From: Callorhinchus milii
Lineage: Eukaryota
Direction: 5' to 3'
DNA length: 64,000 bases
Assembly: GCF_018977255.1 (NCBI RefSeq)
Contig: NW_024704742.1
Span: 45,634,001 to 45,698,000 of the forward strand
The notes beneath the pieces are model-generated. The model saw only the letters and a program-made list of their open reading frames with translations. It had not been told where the DNA came from and did no database searches. Position numbers and translations under genes: made by a program. The number at the start of each line of letters is the position of its first letter. Positions within the stretch are counted from its first letter, which is position 1. Of the stretch, positions 25,603 through 39,849 are shown piece by piece.

Positions 25603-25975
25603 ATAATGATAATAATAATATGATCCTGCATTTATTATAGCGCCTTATCACGTCTTTTAGTAGCCTCAAAGCGCTTCACAGAAAATACAGCTAATTGAAT
25701 TGACTGTATGTTTTGTGGGCAAAACGCATCAGTCAATTGAGCACAGCAATGACCCACAAACAGTCGTGGATTGAGTGACCAACTTTTGTTTTTTAAGGAA
25801 TTATTACCCCCTGAAAAGCGATCCGCGAATTAACTAACTACTGGGTTCCTATTTACTGCTCGGTAAACAGAGGCGTGTGGAGTAAGGAAACTTGCCCAAC
25901 ATTTCGGCCTGCCGGGAATCAAACCCAGGTCTCTCGTTTGTGAGGCGAGTGCTCTAACCACTGAGCTACAGGACT
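25603..25975 (-). mobile_element. SINE-A long form, full length
   Basis: tRNA head with A box (tagctcagtgg) and B box, the ~70-nt extra segment, and an (aat)n tail. Confidence 0.93.
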
Positions 25976-27879
25976 TCATTCATCATGAGGATGTTGAACT
26001 CCAGTCTCAGGCAGCATTAGGAGTTGTAGTTTGTAGTTCCCAAAGTGTGTTTGAATCTAAATGCCAAGATACATTAAATTATTACTAATGCCAGGCAGAT
26101 AGTGGTCAACAATTCTAAAATATAAAAATATAACATTATATTTTTGTGGCAATACAAAGCAAATTTGCTTCACACATCAATCCATGATTTTCAACATTCC
26201 CAATAGATTGAGTAACAGCATACAGTAACCCTTAAAGTCAGTATTCCATACGAATGCAAAGGCCAAAATACAGCAAAGAATACATTTGGAAGTAATTTAC
26301 TAATCATGCTGCCTCGATTCACAGTGGAACACCTTTTGTGTGCCACACACGTTTCATCTGACAAGCACTATTATTTATGTGCAGGTGTTGTTTACTCATG
26401 GGAGTATATTGCATATATCCCATTGTCCGCAATGAGCATATTTGTATTTGGATGAAAAATATTTCTGCTATATCAAAACAATAGGAGGCATAATAGCAGA
26501 ATTGAAAGTAGGCAGTATTTTTTGCTTGATCGTTATTTTACTTAAATTAACCAGATTCAGAGTAAGAGTCATTTTATCCTTCCGATGTGAAACGTGCTAT
26601 ACCAAGTATTATTCACTTTACAGCTGTTTGTGGAACATTGGTCATTCACTTCATGGTGAACACAACACTGTGTGTGCAAATGACTGCTGAGTTTGGCTGC
26701 AAAATTCAGTCACTCCACATTTCAGTAAATCCTCTGAGATGCGTTGAGACATCCTCCTGACCTGAAGTGGGTCATATCAAATGTAAGCGTTTTAAAATCT
26801 TCAGTTCTTCAGGTGTTTTTATGAACTCAGAAGTGCTCCTTTCATGCAAGAAAAAACACAGAAATCCCTTGTTCTGTTGGTGCAGTACAGCCATTAATGG
26901 CGTTCTGCTGGGTCTATTTTGAATACTCTGCTGTTGGCACTTCACAAACACTACAGAGATAGGCAGAATAGAATTTGATAACACAAGTGGCTCAGTGACT
27001 AGTACAAGAGAGATTGATTACCTTCAAGGGGATCTGGACAAAGGAATCTTGATAAATTAAAGCATTAGGGTAAGGAATGAATAGCTTTTCACGTGGATAC
27101 ATTTAAAGAAGTGCACAATGGAATAGAAAACATGAAATAAGTACACAGAAAATAAAAAAGGACTAGAGGTGATTATCAGGCATTCACTGAAAATGTGAGG
27201 CTAACCAATTACTAGGATACATCTTGACAAGTGAAAACAAATTGTGTTAACCCTATGTAACTTATTGATAAGGTTACTTTTGGAATATTATGTGAAGTTT
27301 AGCATCAGAATGTCATTGACACATTGCGTTGGGTACAGAGGGAAGCTTAAAGGATAAATCTGGGACTCAAATCTCAGTCAGGAAGAGACATTCACAGACC
27401 AATCAATATATTTAGACATTGACATGAAACCAAATTCAGTTGTGTGATAATTATTACCAGTGTCAATTAGCACATCACAACTAGCAATTTTTATCCTAAT
27501 ATCAGTCATCAGGTCCACAGACATATGTGGTTTTAATGCTTCACTCATTATCTACTCTGGATTGGTTTATTTTAGTGGAATCCATATTTGTGCTGACAGG
27601 GGTCCCAATTTAGCACCACTAAATTAATTCCCGTTGATTTCAGTTCTGAGCAGTGTTAATAGAACACTTACAAAGAGCCTTTGGGGAATAATTCCAACTG
27701 GGTCTAGGATTAGTCTATTTATGGAGCATTTTAGAGCATCTGGAAATGTTCAAATAGTTGAATTCAGTCTTAACTTTCAAAACAGTTTTCTGCAGTTCTT
27801 AAAAACAGCTTATAGAAAACAGGCTTCAACATTAAAAACATTTTAATTAGGAATTTAGCAAATTTTGGTTGCTCCAAAG

Positions 27880-28445
27880 TAATAATCATAAGCCTTGCAT
27901 TTGATATAGTGCTTTTTCCCGGCACTCTGGAACTTGATCCCAAAGTCCCTTCCCTTCCTCCCTTGCCTCCTTCAAGGCCAGTCTCAAGAACCTCCTCTTC
28001 GATCGCACCTTCAATCGCCCTCGCTCCTCTCTGCTTTCCCTCACCCCTGCCTTACCCCTCCCCCATGCTCGGGTCCTGACCCCTAACTGTCCAGCGCTCT
28101 ATAAATGTAATTTTGTTGTTGTTTTCATGTCCTCAAGACCTCTCAAAGCGCTTCATTGAATATACTGGAAAGTAAATTGACTATATTCTGTGGGTGAAAC
28201 GTGGCAGACAATTGGGCACAGCAGTGTCCCACAAAGAGTCGAGGATTGAATGAGCAAATTACTATTATTATTTATTTATTTTGAAGGAATTATTAGCTCC
28301 GGAAAGTGATCCACCAATTGAATAATAACCGGTTTCTTACTTACTACTAGGTAAACAGAGGCATGTGGTTCTCCCTGACCGGGAATCGAACCCAGGTCCT
28401 CTCTCTTGTGAGGCAAGTGCTATAATTAGTACACTACAGGACTAC
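27880..28445 (-). mobile_element. SINE-A long form with an L2 3' end inserted in its tail
   Basis: Tail at 27880-27915, a plus-strand L2 3' end at ~27918-28122 ending gttgttgtt, then the SINE resumes to its head at ~28444. Confidence 0.82.
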
Positions 28446-30295
28446 AGCAACAAATTACATTTATATAGCGGCCTTCACGCAATGTAGCTTCCCGGGGCGC
28501 TTGGCAGTGGCAGAGTCTGACATTGAGCCAGGGGAAGAGGAAGCGGGGAGATGACCCTAAGTACAATCAAAAGGAAAATCTTTAGGTGGGCAATGAAAGT
28601 GGGGAAGGAGGAGGCAAAGTCAATAGATTGAGTGCGAGAGTTCCAGAGTTTGAGAGGATCTTGAAATCGATCTGTTCAGTAATTGGGAGCCAGTGGAGCC
28701 TGGCAAGTACTGGTGTGATGGGGCTACAGAGTTTTATGGGGGTGAGTATCCGGGTGGCGGAGTTTTTAATTAATTGAATTTTGTGTATAGTGGGGCTGGG
28801 GAGACCAGCGAGGAGAGCATTGGAACAGTGTGGCCAGGAAATGATGAATGTGTGAATGAGGGGTTCAGCTTCTTTGGTTGTGAGGTACAGATGGAAGTGA
28901 ACAGTGTGGTGGAGGTAGAAAAAGGTGTTCCTGGTCAGTAATCAGATGTGGGGTAGAAAGGAAAACTGGGGATCGTACCTGACCCCTAAGTTGCGCACGT
29001 GTTTGGTGAGTCTGAGGGAGAGCCCGAGGAGGTTGAGGAGTTCAGATCTGCAGGAGAGAACACGTTGATGGCAGCCAAAGAATATGGCTTCTGTCTTGCC
29101 GACATTCAGATGCAGTATCAGGCCTTGATGTCCGTCAAACAAGCTGGGAGTCGCAGCTGAAGGAGGAGAAGTAGATTTGGGTGTCGTCTGCATACATGTG
29201 GAAGTTGACCCCATGTCTGCGGATAACAACAACAACAAAAGATTACATTTGTATAGCGCCTTTCACATTGGGAGGACGTCACAAGGTGCTGGACAGACTC
29301 AAATCCAAGAGGGAGCATGTAGATAAGGAAAAGAAGGGGCCAAGGATGGAGCCTTGGGATACCCCACAGGTAACCGGATGGGGTGGGAGAAGAAACCATT
29401 TGCCGAGATACAATGTTGGTGATTATTTAAGCAGGATTTTATTTAAGCAGAACCATGCGAGTGCAGTCCTACTAATGTGGATGAGGGAGTAAAGGCAGTG
29501 GAGGAAGATAGCATGATCAACTGTGTTGAACGCATTGGAGAGGTTGAAGAGAACGAGAAGGCAGAATGAGCCCTGGTCACAGAGAGAGAGAACGTCATTT
29601 GTTACTATGATGAGCGCTGTCCATACTGTGGGAAGGGGGAAAACTGGATTGGAGGGATTCAAGTATGGAGTGGAGGGTGAGGTGTGCGTAAAGTTGATTT
29701 CATTGGTAATTTGCAATGACACGTTCAAAAACTTTGGCCAAGAAGGGCAGGTGTGAGATCGATCTGAAATTTGTGAGATTATTTAGATCGAGGATAAGTT
29801 TTTTAAGGAAAAGAGTGATGACAGCTGTTTGGACAGGTGGTGGGCCTCATCTGGATGATATTAAAAATAATCCTTGCATTTGATATAGTGCCTCATCACG
29901 TCATTGAGACATCTCAAAGCGCTCACAAAATACACTATAAAGTGAATTGACTGTATATTTTGTGAGCGAAACACAAGTGGTGGTGGGGTAAAGTGAGAAG
30001 GGAGAGATGGGGACAAAGGAGTGTAGGGTGTGGGCCGAAGAGAAGGTGATGTAGGAAGCATGGGTGGGGTTAACTTCTTGGAGATAAAGAAGTCCAGGAC
30101 CTCTTTGCACTTGACATCTGAAGTGAGGATCAAGGGTGTTTGAGAGAAGGTGTGGAGGAGGTGCTGAGTTGTGGAGAACAGGATTTGGGGGTTATTTATG
30201 GACTCAAAAATGACCTGTGAGTAGAAAGTGTTTTTGACTTTAGAGAGGGAGCGGTGGTAGTTGTAAAAATGGTCGAGCCACAGTGGCGATGAACC
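28446..30295 (-). mobile_element. L2 LINE, fragmented, with nested tails
   Basis: Minus-strand motifs NDVLSLCDQG..LSNAFNTVDH, LLFLIYMLPL, HMYADD and LNVGKTE. Tail at 28446; inserts at 29225-29298 and 29865-29975. Confidence 0.88.
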
Positions 30296-33192
30296 ATAAG
30301 ACCAGTTTTGTGCCATCTGCGCTCGAGTGACTGAGTTTGGGACTACCCTACTGGACTCCAAAAGATGTGGAGTGGAGTGCAGTAGACTGTATATATCTTG
30401 TAAGTATTATCTTTTAAAACTTTTTTTAAGAAGCCTTCAGATATCTGCTACCGTAACATAATAATAACAAGCACTTCCAAACGTTTTCTTCCCAAACACG
30501 ATCACCTACGAATACACAGTTACTATATTTCACAGTAAATCTTGTTAAGTGCTTTGAGACTACTTCTCAATGATTCGATAAGGAACTATATCAAATTCAA
30601 GAATTGTTATTATTATTATTTTATTATTATTTCTACGTTTATATTCTTAATTGTAAATTGTTTAATATTCACAAACTTCTCAAGTTAACTTAGGATCATA
30701 TGAGATAAACCCATGCCTTTTTATGGTTCTTTTATATAAGCAAGAATTTCCAACAGAAATATGAGAAAAAAACAAAACATGAAGTATACAAATTATGCAG
30801 ACTTTTCATATTCCTTCTGAAAAGAAATTCAAAGACAACATTTAGATAATTTCATTAGCAATTAATTTTGCCTTCTTTTGCATGATAGCTTCCTTTTGGA
30901 GTATGTGATTGTACAGTTTATTTGCTGCAACAGTGGACAAACACTTAATAAAAACACAAGGTGAGAGCAAAATATTTAATCAGCTCAAGGTCTCCTATTC
31001 ACATTGAATTGGTGCATTCATGCACCATAGCCATTAATAGGTATAGCAGTTGTGTTAGAATATGTGTGGTGCTGTTCTGAATTTCAAATAGGTTCCTTAA
31101 GGGACATGTTTTTCTGTCAGAGTTGAGTGTTCAACAGAGAGAGGGTAGGGAGGCGGGGGAGGCTCGGAACGAGGGAAGCATTTCTGTACATAACTCAAGT
31201 TAAGTTTGAAAAGGAGAAGAAAATAATAAGTAGTAAACACATTTCGTGCTATGATTAAGATAGACTCTTAAAATGTGGGGTATTTAACGCTTGCCAGTCA
31301 GTGACATTTTGCTTTTGACAATTTGTTATTTTGAATTATCAATTTTATGAATTTCATATAGACAAAAATAAATATAGGTGCAGAATTATCAGAATGATCC
31401 CCATGATCGGGAATGAACAAATTCATCCCACAAGACCATAATACATTAAAAAATAAATGCATACTAATTTCTACCCAACAGAAGCACAATCAGCACTTTG
31501 AGAAAACAAAACATATCGGTCATCTTTCACCACCAAGATTCAATGAGCATATGATGGCATTAAAAAGGTTCTATCATTGATAGCACCAACTTGTACGCTG
31601 GCAGTCTGCAGAACTGTCAATACTAGTCTCAGAGAGCAGAACATCTGTTTCAAATGTAAAATAAACCGAGAGGTACAAAAACACTCCCTCCCAACCCAGA
31701 TATTGTTCTCAATGCTGACTTTCTGTAGCTGGAAAGCACATTTGTCCCCTGGCTTACAAATCATGGCTTTTAACCTTGTGTTACTAGGGAGAGGCTGTAC
31801 TAAAATTCACACTAAGCTCCTATTCTACTAACTGGCAGCTGAAAGCTGTGATTCGTGCGCCTGAAGACAATTGCATGATACTTCAGGATGGATTGACAAT
31901 TGTGTTGGTGAGGAAATTGTCCGCCTCCAATGCACCAGACAATTCATATTCAATACTCAAGACATTTCTTAATTTAAACTTCAAATTAGATCGATTCTCC
32001 AAACCTTGGTTACCGCCACCATTTCCCTGCTCCAGCCCCCAGCTAAGTTTCATTCATAGAATTGTGCTGGGTTTATACAAATTCTGATGTTTTATTGATC
32101 TCTGTATCGTCCTCATGCCTTTAATTTACTATTGCTTCAATATGTTATTCCAATGTGAGATTGCCGTTTTTTTCAACTGCAGTATTTTAACTCTCCTTCC
32201 GGCACTTCAAAGTGTACTATTGGCCTATTTTCCTGGTCCGATCTTCTTAACTTCCTTCTTCCATCAACAGGCTTATTCAGCTAAAATATTCCAGTTTTGA
32301 TAAAGGGTACCATCCAAAGCATAAACCATTTTTTATTGTTAGGTCCTGATTGACTTGCTCTGCATTTCTAGCATTATTTCAGAAATGAGGTGTTGACCGA
32401 TGTTCTGGTGGTAGATAAGCAGAAAATGCCAGTAAAGGGGTCTATTCCATCTTTGTTAGAAGTGTCAGTTTTAGTGATGATTTTTCAAATGGTTAACGAT
32501 TTGGCATGAGTGCCCAATTCTGCTCCCAGATGTCTGTGACATAAACACATTTGTTAGTCTTAACAATCGAGTAGTAGGCAATGAGGAGACAGCTTCAATA
32601 ATGAGTGCTTCATACTCCTGAAGTACCTGGAAGAGCCAATTAACCACAAAACAGTGACAATTCTGCAAATCCAGGTGTGAAGTGCCATATATTTGGAGAA
32701 AATGGAGCAAAGCCAAAATCTTCTTCGGGGATCTGGGATGAAACGGAAACCGCAAACAAACGGCATACAGATTTCCAGTAAAAGCTCATTAATGGAAATC
32801 TCTTCCCGATAATACATTATTTAAAATAAATATTTGTCAATGAGATATTTTTAATTGGATTCCTTTTGCCGGAAGCCAAAATGAAAAATACTTCAGTATC
32901 ACAGATCATAATTGCTTCCTGCCTGAATATTATTCTGTCTTCAAATATATTCAAAATTATTTTGAAACAGTAACTTTATAGTTCTGATTTTCCTTTGCAG
33001 GTTCATATTCATATGATGTTGGTCTGAAATACCATCCCAAAACATTGTTCTTTGCCCAATTTTCTTTACCCAGCGTCTTGGGACATCCTCCCAATGCGAA
33101 AGGTGCTATATAAATGTAATCTTGTTGTTGTTATTGTTGAATAACTGGAACAGACTGCCAGGAAGGGTGGATGAGGCCAAGAGGGCCGAGAT

Positions 33193-34130
33193 TTCTTCAG
33201 CTCAACGTGCGAAAAACCGAGGCCCTCCTGATTGGCTCACGTCAGCGCCTCCGCACCTCAGGCGCTGACACCATCAGCATCCAAGGCTGCACTCTCCACC
33301 TCTCAAAGCCGTCAGGAACCTCGGCGTTTTGTTCGACCCTGATCTGTCCTTTCTCCCTCACATCCGCACTACAACTTGCACCGCCTTCCATCACCTTCGG
33401 AACATCGCCAGACTACGGCATTACCTCACCCCTCACGCTGCTGAAACCCTGGTCCACGCCTTTGTCACCTCAAGGCTGGACTATGGGAACTCTCTCCTCG
33501 CCGGCCTTCCCGCCACCTCCCTCCACAAGCTGCAGGTCATTCAGAACTCTGCAGCTCGTGTACTGTCCCGCACCAGGCTTCGGGACCACATCACTCCCAC
33601 CCTCGCTCGCCTCCACTGGCTCCCCATCCCCCAGAGGATCGAATTCAAGATCCTCATCTTCACCTACAAGGCCATTCACGGCCTTGCTCCCTCCTACCTC
33701 TCTAACCTACTATCCCCCTACCTACCTGCCCGTACCCTCCGTTCCTCTGGCTCCGGTCTGCTCCACGTCCCCCGCCCCAACCGCCCTACCATCGGTGGTC
33801 GGGCCTTCAGCCTCTCAGCCCCCAGGCTCTGGAACTCCATCCCCCAGTGCCTTCGCCGCCTCCTCCCTTTCCTCCTTCAAGGCTGGTCTCAAAACCTTTC
33901 TCTTTGACCGAGCGTTCAGCTCCCCTCTCGACTCTCTTCCCCCTCCTCGCTCCCTCCCTTCCCTCCCCTCACCCTGACTATTTCCCCCCTCCTTGCTCCC
34001 TCCCTTCCCTCCCCTCACCCTGACCATTTCCCCCCTGCTCGGGTCATGACCCAACTGTGCAGCGCCTTGGGACGTCCTCCTGACGTGAAAGGCGCTTTAT
34101 AAATGGAATCTTGTTGTTGTTGTTGTTGTT
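33193..34130 (+). mobile_element. Young 5'-truncated L2 LINE
   Basis: FLQLNVRKTE through LKTFLFDRAF with two frameshifts and no stop codons. CpGs are intact, the hairpin tail and (ttg)n end are present, and gagat flanks both sides. Confidence 0.96.
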
Positions 34131-34884
34131 GAGATCAAAAATACCGTTTCATCCAAACCAACTTTGTGATTTTTGATCTTGGTGATCTAATAATAATTGG
34201 AATATGATAGTATATACATGACTGCTTGTCCAGTGTGGTGTAACAACAATGAACATATCTTAGCACAGCACAAATGCAAATATTTGGTTTACTCTCATCC
34301 TTGTCTCTTTTCTGGTTACATTTTCTGAGCATGATACTGAGGAACTGTTGGGAGGACGGGGAATTATCTCTGGAGTCCAGAAGGAATATTTCCTCAATTT
34401 GACTTTGTACTGTGTGTGATGCTAAGTTTGTGCAAAAGATTGTTCCAGAAGACGGAGCTCCAAAATCTATTTATTTACGTCAAGCACAACAAATTATTAT
34501 GGACACAAGACATATATATGATTTGCAACCCTGTGCTGAATAATTCTGGCAAGCCTATTATAGAGGACTTTATGCTCATTGATGGATTTCACTTCTTATT
34601 GATGAGCAACAGTGAAAGATATTAAACTTAGCAAAATGAACAGGCACTAAGGATGTTCTGGCTCCCTGATTCTGAAGATTGAAGTCTTTGACAATCATTT
34701 TCTTTGACAAACGCAGTATTTTCTTGCAGACCATGTGACTCTCTGTGCTTGCAGATCAGTTTTAATTTCTGTGCTTTAAGACACATTTTAACCCGTTGGT
34801 ATACATCTCACAGATCTATACATCACCTGCCATTACAGAAATTTTTATGCTGTGATGTCTCAAATTCCAAGGTATGAAACTGGC

Positions 34885-35290
34885 ATTTTCACCTCTGAGT
34901 CAGAAGGTTGTGGGTTCAAGCCCATGTCAGGATACTGAGCTCACAGTCTTGGCTGGCAATCCAGTGCAATGCTAGGGGAGCACTGCAATATCAAAGCTGG
35001 TGTCCTTTGGATTAGACGTTAACCCAAGTTCCTCTCTGGCTGTTCAGGTGGCTGTTAAACATCCCATGGCACCTTACCAAAAGGGAAGGGAGTTTCTTAG
35101 TATCCTGGCTCACAATCCTCTAAATAAAATTGGTCATTCACTTCATGACTCTTTGTAAACCAATGCTATGTGCAAATTATCTTGTCACATACACACAGAA
35201 ATACAGTTAACATACTTAACAGTAAATCCGATCCAGTAAATCTCAACAATGTGAAACACATCATATCAAATGTAAGGTTTATTATTATGT
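34885..35290 (+). mobile_element. SINE-B
   Basis: ctctgagtcagaaggttgtgggttcaagccc, Deu-like core and a decayed tail. Confidence 0.82.
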
Positions 35291-35344
35291 TATGAATTTT
35301 ATGACATCTTAAGATTCCTTTGTTATGAGAAGTACCAAAAAGCA

Positions 35345-35600
35345 AAAAAAAAATTGGTCACTTCAATCCACGACTGTTTGTGGGACACTGCTCTGTGGGA
35401 CGTACAGCGCCTTGGGACATTCTCCCAATGTGAAAGGCGCTTTACAAATGTCATTTTGTTGTTGTTGGTGCTGTGCCCAATTGGCTGCCCACAAAATATA
35501 CAGTCAATTTACATTACAATATATTCTGTGAAGCACTTTGAGACATCTCGGAGACGTGATAAGGCTCTATATCAAATGCAAGGATTATTATTATTATATT
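35345..35600 (+). mobile_element. SINE-A 3' half with an L2 tail inserted at ~35405-35468
   Basis: The SINE consensus gggacactgct|gtgc is interrupted by cagcgccttgggac..gaaaggcgc..gttgttg. Confidence 0.85.
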
Positions 35601-35669
35601 TTAATTAGATGCACTATTTTATTCATATAACCATTTCAGTATAAGTGAAATACGGTTTTCTGTTGGACA

Positions 35670-35890
35670 TTGGAGGAATGAGCTATGTTTGATTAGACAC
35701 ACTAGATTTCTTCAGTCTTGAAAGAAAATATCTGAGAGGGCACCTTATTGAGGTGTACAAGATGTTAAATAGTAAACCCAGAACATTATTTTCCGATGGA
35801 CCAAGATAGCAAAGAAAGAAGACATATGTTTATGGTTGCAAGGACAATGTCAAGGTGAACACCAGGAAGTATTTCATTATTCAGAGTTGA
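35670..35890 (+). mobile_element. CR1 ORF2 C-terminal fragment
   Basis: Reads FFSLERKYLRGHLIEVYKML. Confidence 0.75.
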
Positions 35891-38800
35891 AGACTCCAAA
35901 ATTACAGGTGTATATTCAAGTTAACATACAACAGTAATGCTGACATATTGTTACAATAATAGTGAATAATACCTAGCAACCTGCTCCAACCCCATTTGAA
36001 TCAGACAAAACAGACTGAAGAGAGTCTTTCACAAAACAGCAATGCAATAGGTAATGTAATATGATGAAAGGGGTGGAGAGAGAACAATTATAAGACTACA
36101 TGTCAAATTTCTTTTATTCTGTTTAAAAAAATGGAAATGAAAATGTCCAGAAATATAAATTAGGGAAACAATGAAATTTATCAATCGAGCTGTTTGGTGC
36201 TGTCAGAGCTTATAGACAGATGGAAAACCAGGCTAGAGCCCATCTAATTAGCAACTTCCATTTAAATATCGGTGAAATCACTGCCATTAACATTTCATTG
36301 CAACCTGAAATCGTCTCAACTTGGAAAAGTTCGATTTAAAAAAAACTATCTTGAAGTAGCACAATTTGGGGCCACTTATGGTTTTGAATTTAATTTGGCT
36401 CACACACATACATAGGACACATTATGTTGGGTTTGCATTTTGAATGTTTTACAAAAACCAAGCTTTCCAAGCTTTTAGCATTTGATCTGTTGTAGAGCCG
36501 ACTGGTACAAGAAAGGTGAGTTATCAATTCTCATACTCAATAATAATGTCCTTGGAATGAACAGAACATAGATTTTGTGTCAGAATATAACAATTAAAAA
36601 AAAGGTTGATGGATTGCTTGACCAGATTTTAAAAATAATTCTACAAATATTATAAATTATCCTCTTTTTAGTCTCAGCCTGTCTTTCTATTTTCTTAGTA
36701 ATCTTGTTCCCTTTTCTCTCCTTTACTTGCTCTCCTCATTCCCTTTTTTCCCTTTATATGTTCATTTTGTCGGTCCATTTTTTTAATTGTGATTGTATGA
36801 CCTCTTCTGTCTTTTATTCTTCATCTCCTTCCATTTACTGTGATTATCCCACAAGTGCTTTTAGTCTCAGAGAAAGAAAACTATTATCAACAAAAGGCTA
36901 ACTGCAGTGGCAGATTGAACGTTTAACCCTGAGGTTACATTCCAAGATAATAATCATTAAGCAATTCCCATTATGCTCCTTGTTGAATGAACTCTTTCTG
37001 TTTGATGTCTGGCACCATCCTATCTAAATCCACTCAAAATACTTTTAGAGGTGCAGTTGTTTTTTGTTCTCAAAGAGACCACTGAAAAACTACCAGTGAG
37101 AGTAAAATGCATATGAAATACACTATAAATAAAAATGATTCATGGTTTAAGCATATTTCTTTTCCTTGTGACAATTGTTCTTATGCAGCTTTGAGATGCC
37201 TTGAAAAGCCATGTAATATGAAAAAAAAATACCTCAAATCTTACTGTTAATTAACATTAGGAGAGAGAATTAGTCATTCACTCTGGTATCAGTGCCACTT
37301 TGTACAAGGGAACCAATTAAATGGCAATGAACCAAAATTTCCCTGGAGAAATGCAGTCAAAGACTTATTTGAATTGATCCTTTCATAAGTACTTTTATAG
37401 ATTCATACAGCTTTAAACAGGTCACTCTGCTTAAAGGGGAACTTGATCCTAATTACAAAATGTACTTTTACTCACAAACAATGCTTGTCCATGGCTCAGC
37501 ACCATGGGGTGCTTTGCGGTGCCGACATAAACCTTTTGCAATGGTATCATGCCAGCTTTGATACTATACTTACCAATACTCCTTACAGTCAATATAGCAC
37601 CTAGAATATCAAAATACTTCAAATCACTTCAGAGGCAATTGCTGTCACGTGTAGTGACTGTATTTCTTATCTTGAAACTTTTATCATTTGATTAGCCTTT
37701 CCACAACAAATTGATTAATGGTCAGAGGAAATCACTTGCTTACTGCTCTGCACGTTAGCTGGTAATGATGTTTTGGGTTGGGTGTTTTCGGGGTAAAAAT
37801 GTATCATATGTCAATCTAATTTATAGTAAATCCTGTAAAGCACTTTGGGATATTATCTTGACGTGAAAGCCACAACACAAAATGCAAGTTCTATTATTGT
37901 TATCATCATAACCTTTTGCTTTCAGGATGTTTTTAAATCTGTCCCACTATCGGGAACTCCATCCAAAGTCTTTTATTCAGGACATAATGTCCAGGACTAT
38001 TTGCATATGCCATGCCTTATCCACCTGTGTTGCTACTTTTAGACACTTATTATTCTGAATCCCCAGATCATTTTGTTCCTCTTCCCCTCTGAGGTTCTTT
38101 CCATCACTGGTATAAACAATTTTATACCTTTGTATCTTCTGACAATTTAATTTTTACATTAGGATTATTTTGCATGTTTTGTCTCCAGTGTATAGTGGTT
38201 AAAGTGTCTGATTGTGTGGGTTCTACGCATTAGTGGAAGCAGAAAGAGGAGATTAGAGCACAAAGCTGAATACTGAACATGTCCATTCAGTCAGCAGAAG
38301 AATTTATTCGATGGATGCCGAAGCTGCTTAAAACCCATGTTGTGCCAATTAGAATTTTAAATTGTTTTGCAATGTGCTGGTTGTTTCCATTTAAATCATT
38401 CTTGGATCAAAGGACAGACCCCAAGGAGAATTAGTATCTGTATTCCAGCCAATCTGATTGACCAATTTTTTTTAACTGCAATCACAAGCTGCTTGCTGTG
38501 CACTGCCTGTTGTGGAATATTGTTTGCCACCCGCTTTTTATTTTAAAATAAAAATGGCAGGGATATCTGACCTCATCTATCTCAGACTGCCAAAGAGCTA
38601 ATAGCATTTCCGACACTGAATTGCTGGATTGAAGGTTTATCCTCTGCTAGGATTCAGTTCCACAGTCACAGTGCTGGAAAGCAAACCCTTGGTGGCTAGG
38701 CTAACATGTCAACTGTTGCCAATATCTACGCAGCCATTCAAGGTGAGGTGCAACTGAATGACCTGTCCATGAGTGTCACTTTCAGGTTCACCATCATCAA

Positions 38801-39324
38801 AATTTATCATTTTACATTTTTCACTCGTCTCACTTGAAGAAAGCTTTCTAAATGTCACTGTAACATGTTTCTTTTTAATCATAAGCGATATACTTGTCCT
38901 TGTTCATATTCTTCTCAATTTGCTGTCTGTTTTCAGAACATATGTCCAAGTAAAATATATATGCACTAAAGTGTTGTAAGATTTAAATTGGTTGCTTGCT
39001 GCGTAACTTGCCGAGTATCCAGGTGATTTTTAAAACAAGCTTTTACAGTACAACAAACAATTAGAAGTAAATAAAGAAATTAGTTCTAATCCCAAGACCA
39101 AAACTTGATAAAGCTGGTAGATTCTGTACAGAGAAATGGAGCAAAATAACATGGATCAGGATGATACTCTACCAGCTCAGGAGGAACACCATCCATCATC
39201 TTGCCAAGCCTCAGCTCAGAGCATCTCCCTAAATGAGGCCAAGCTTTTATAAAGCTTTCTTCTACCTACCATTTCTTAGAGATCTGCCGAGCTCTGAAAA
39301 CTGAAGAGCAACTACTGCAGATTA

Positions 39325-39745
39325 ATAATAATAATCCTTGCATTTGATATAGTGCCTTTCGCATTGGAAGGATGTCTTATAGTGCTTCACAGGATATATT
39401 ATAAAGTGCAGTGTGTATATTGTAGGTAAACTTTCACTAGTTTATGCAAAACAATGACCAATAAATGACCACAAAGTGAATAATCAATTCCATATGGAAT
39501 AAGTAAATAATTAATTTTATCGTTGGTCAGGACACTGGAAAAAATGATTCTTGTTGAAAAGTGCCATCTGTTTGAGCAGATCTTGGATAAACATCTCATC
39601 TGAAAATGACATATCCAACAATGCAGCACACCTACAGCAGTGCATTGAAGAGTCAGCTTAGACAATATATGTTCAAAGTCCCGACATGAGCTTGAACCCA
39701 CAAATTTCTCACTCACAGGTTGGACTGCTACCAGCTGAGACAGGC
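39325..39745 (-). mobile_element. SINE-B
   Basis: Tail aataatccttgcatttgatatag, core aacatctcatctgaaa, head cttgaacccaca. Confidence 0.78.
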
Positions 39746-39849
39746 ATGAATCCAAAACATGTTACCGGATGTCTCCTCCATATACATAAATTAATTTGCT
39801 TAACTATTAAGAGATGTGACTAATTTTATGTTTCAGAATTCCACATTTA

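Noticed and set aside
32471..32817. Overlapping minus-strand ORFs of 94 and 85 aa
   Set aside because: No recognisable domain or consistent splice structure.
33171..33977. 268-aa Pro/Ser-rich ORF, and similar ORFs at 3571, 18781 and 53663
   Set aside because: These are mostly alternative frames of C-rich L2 sequence, not host genes.
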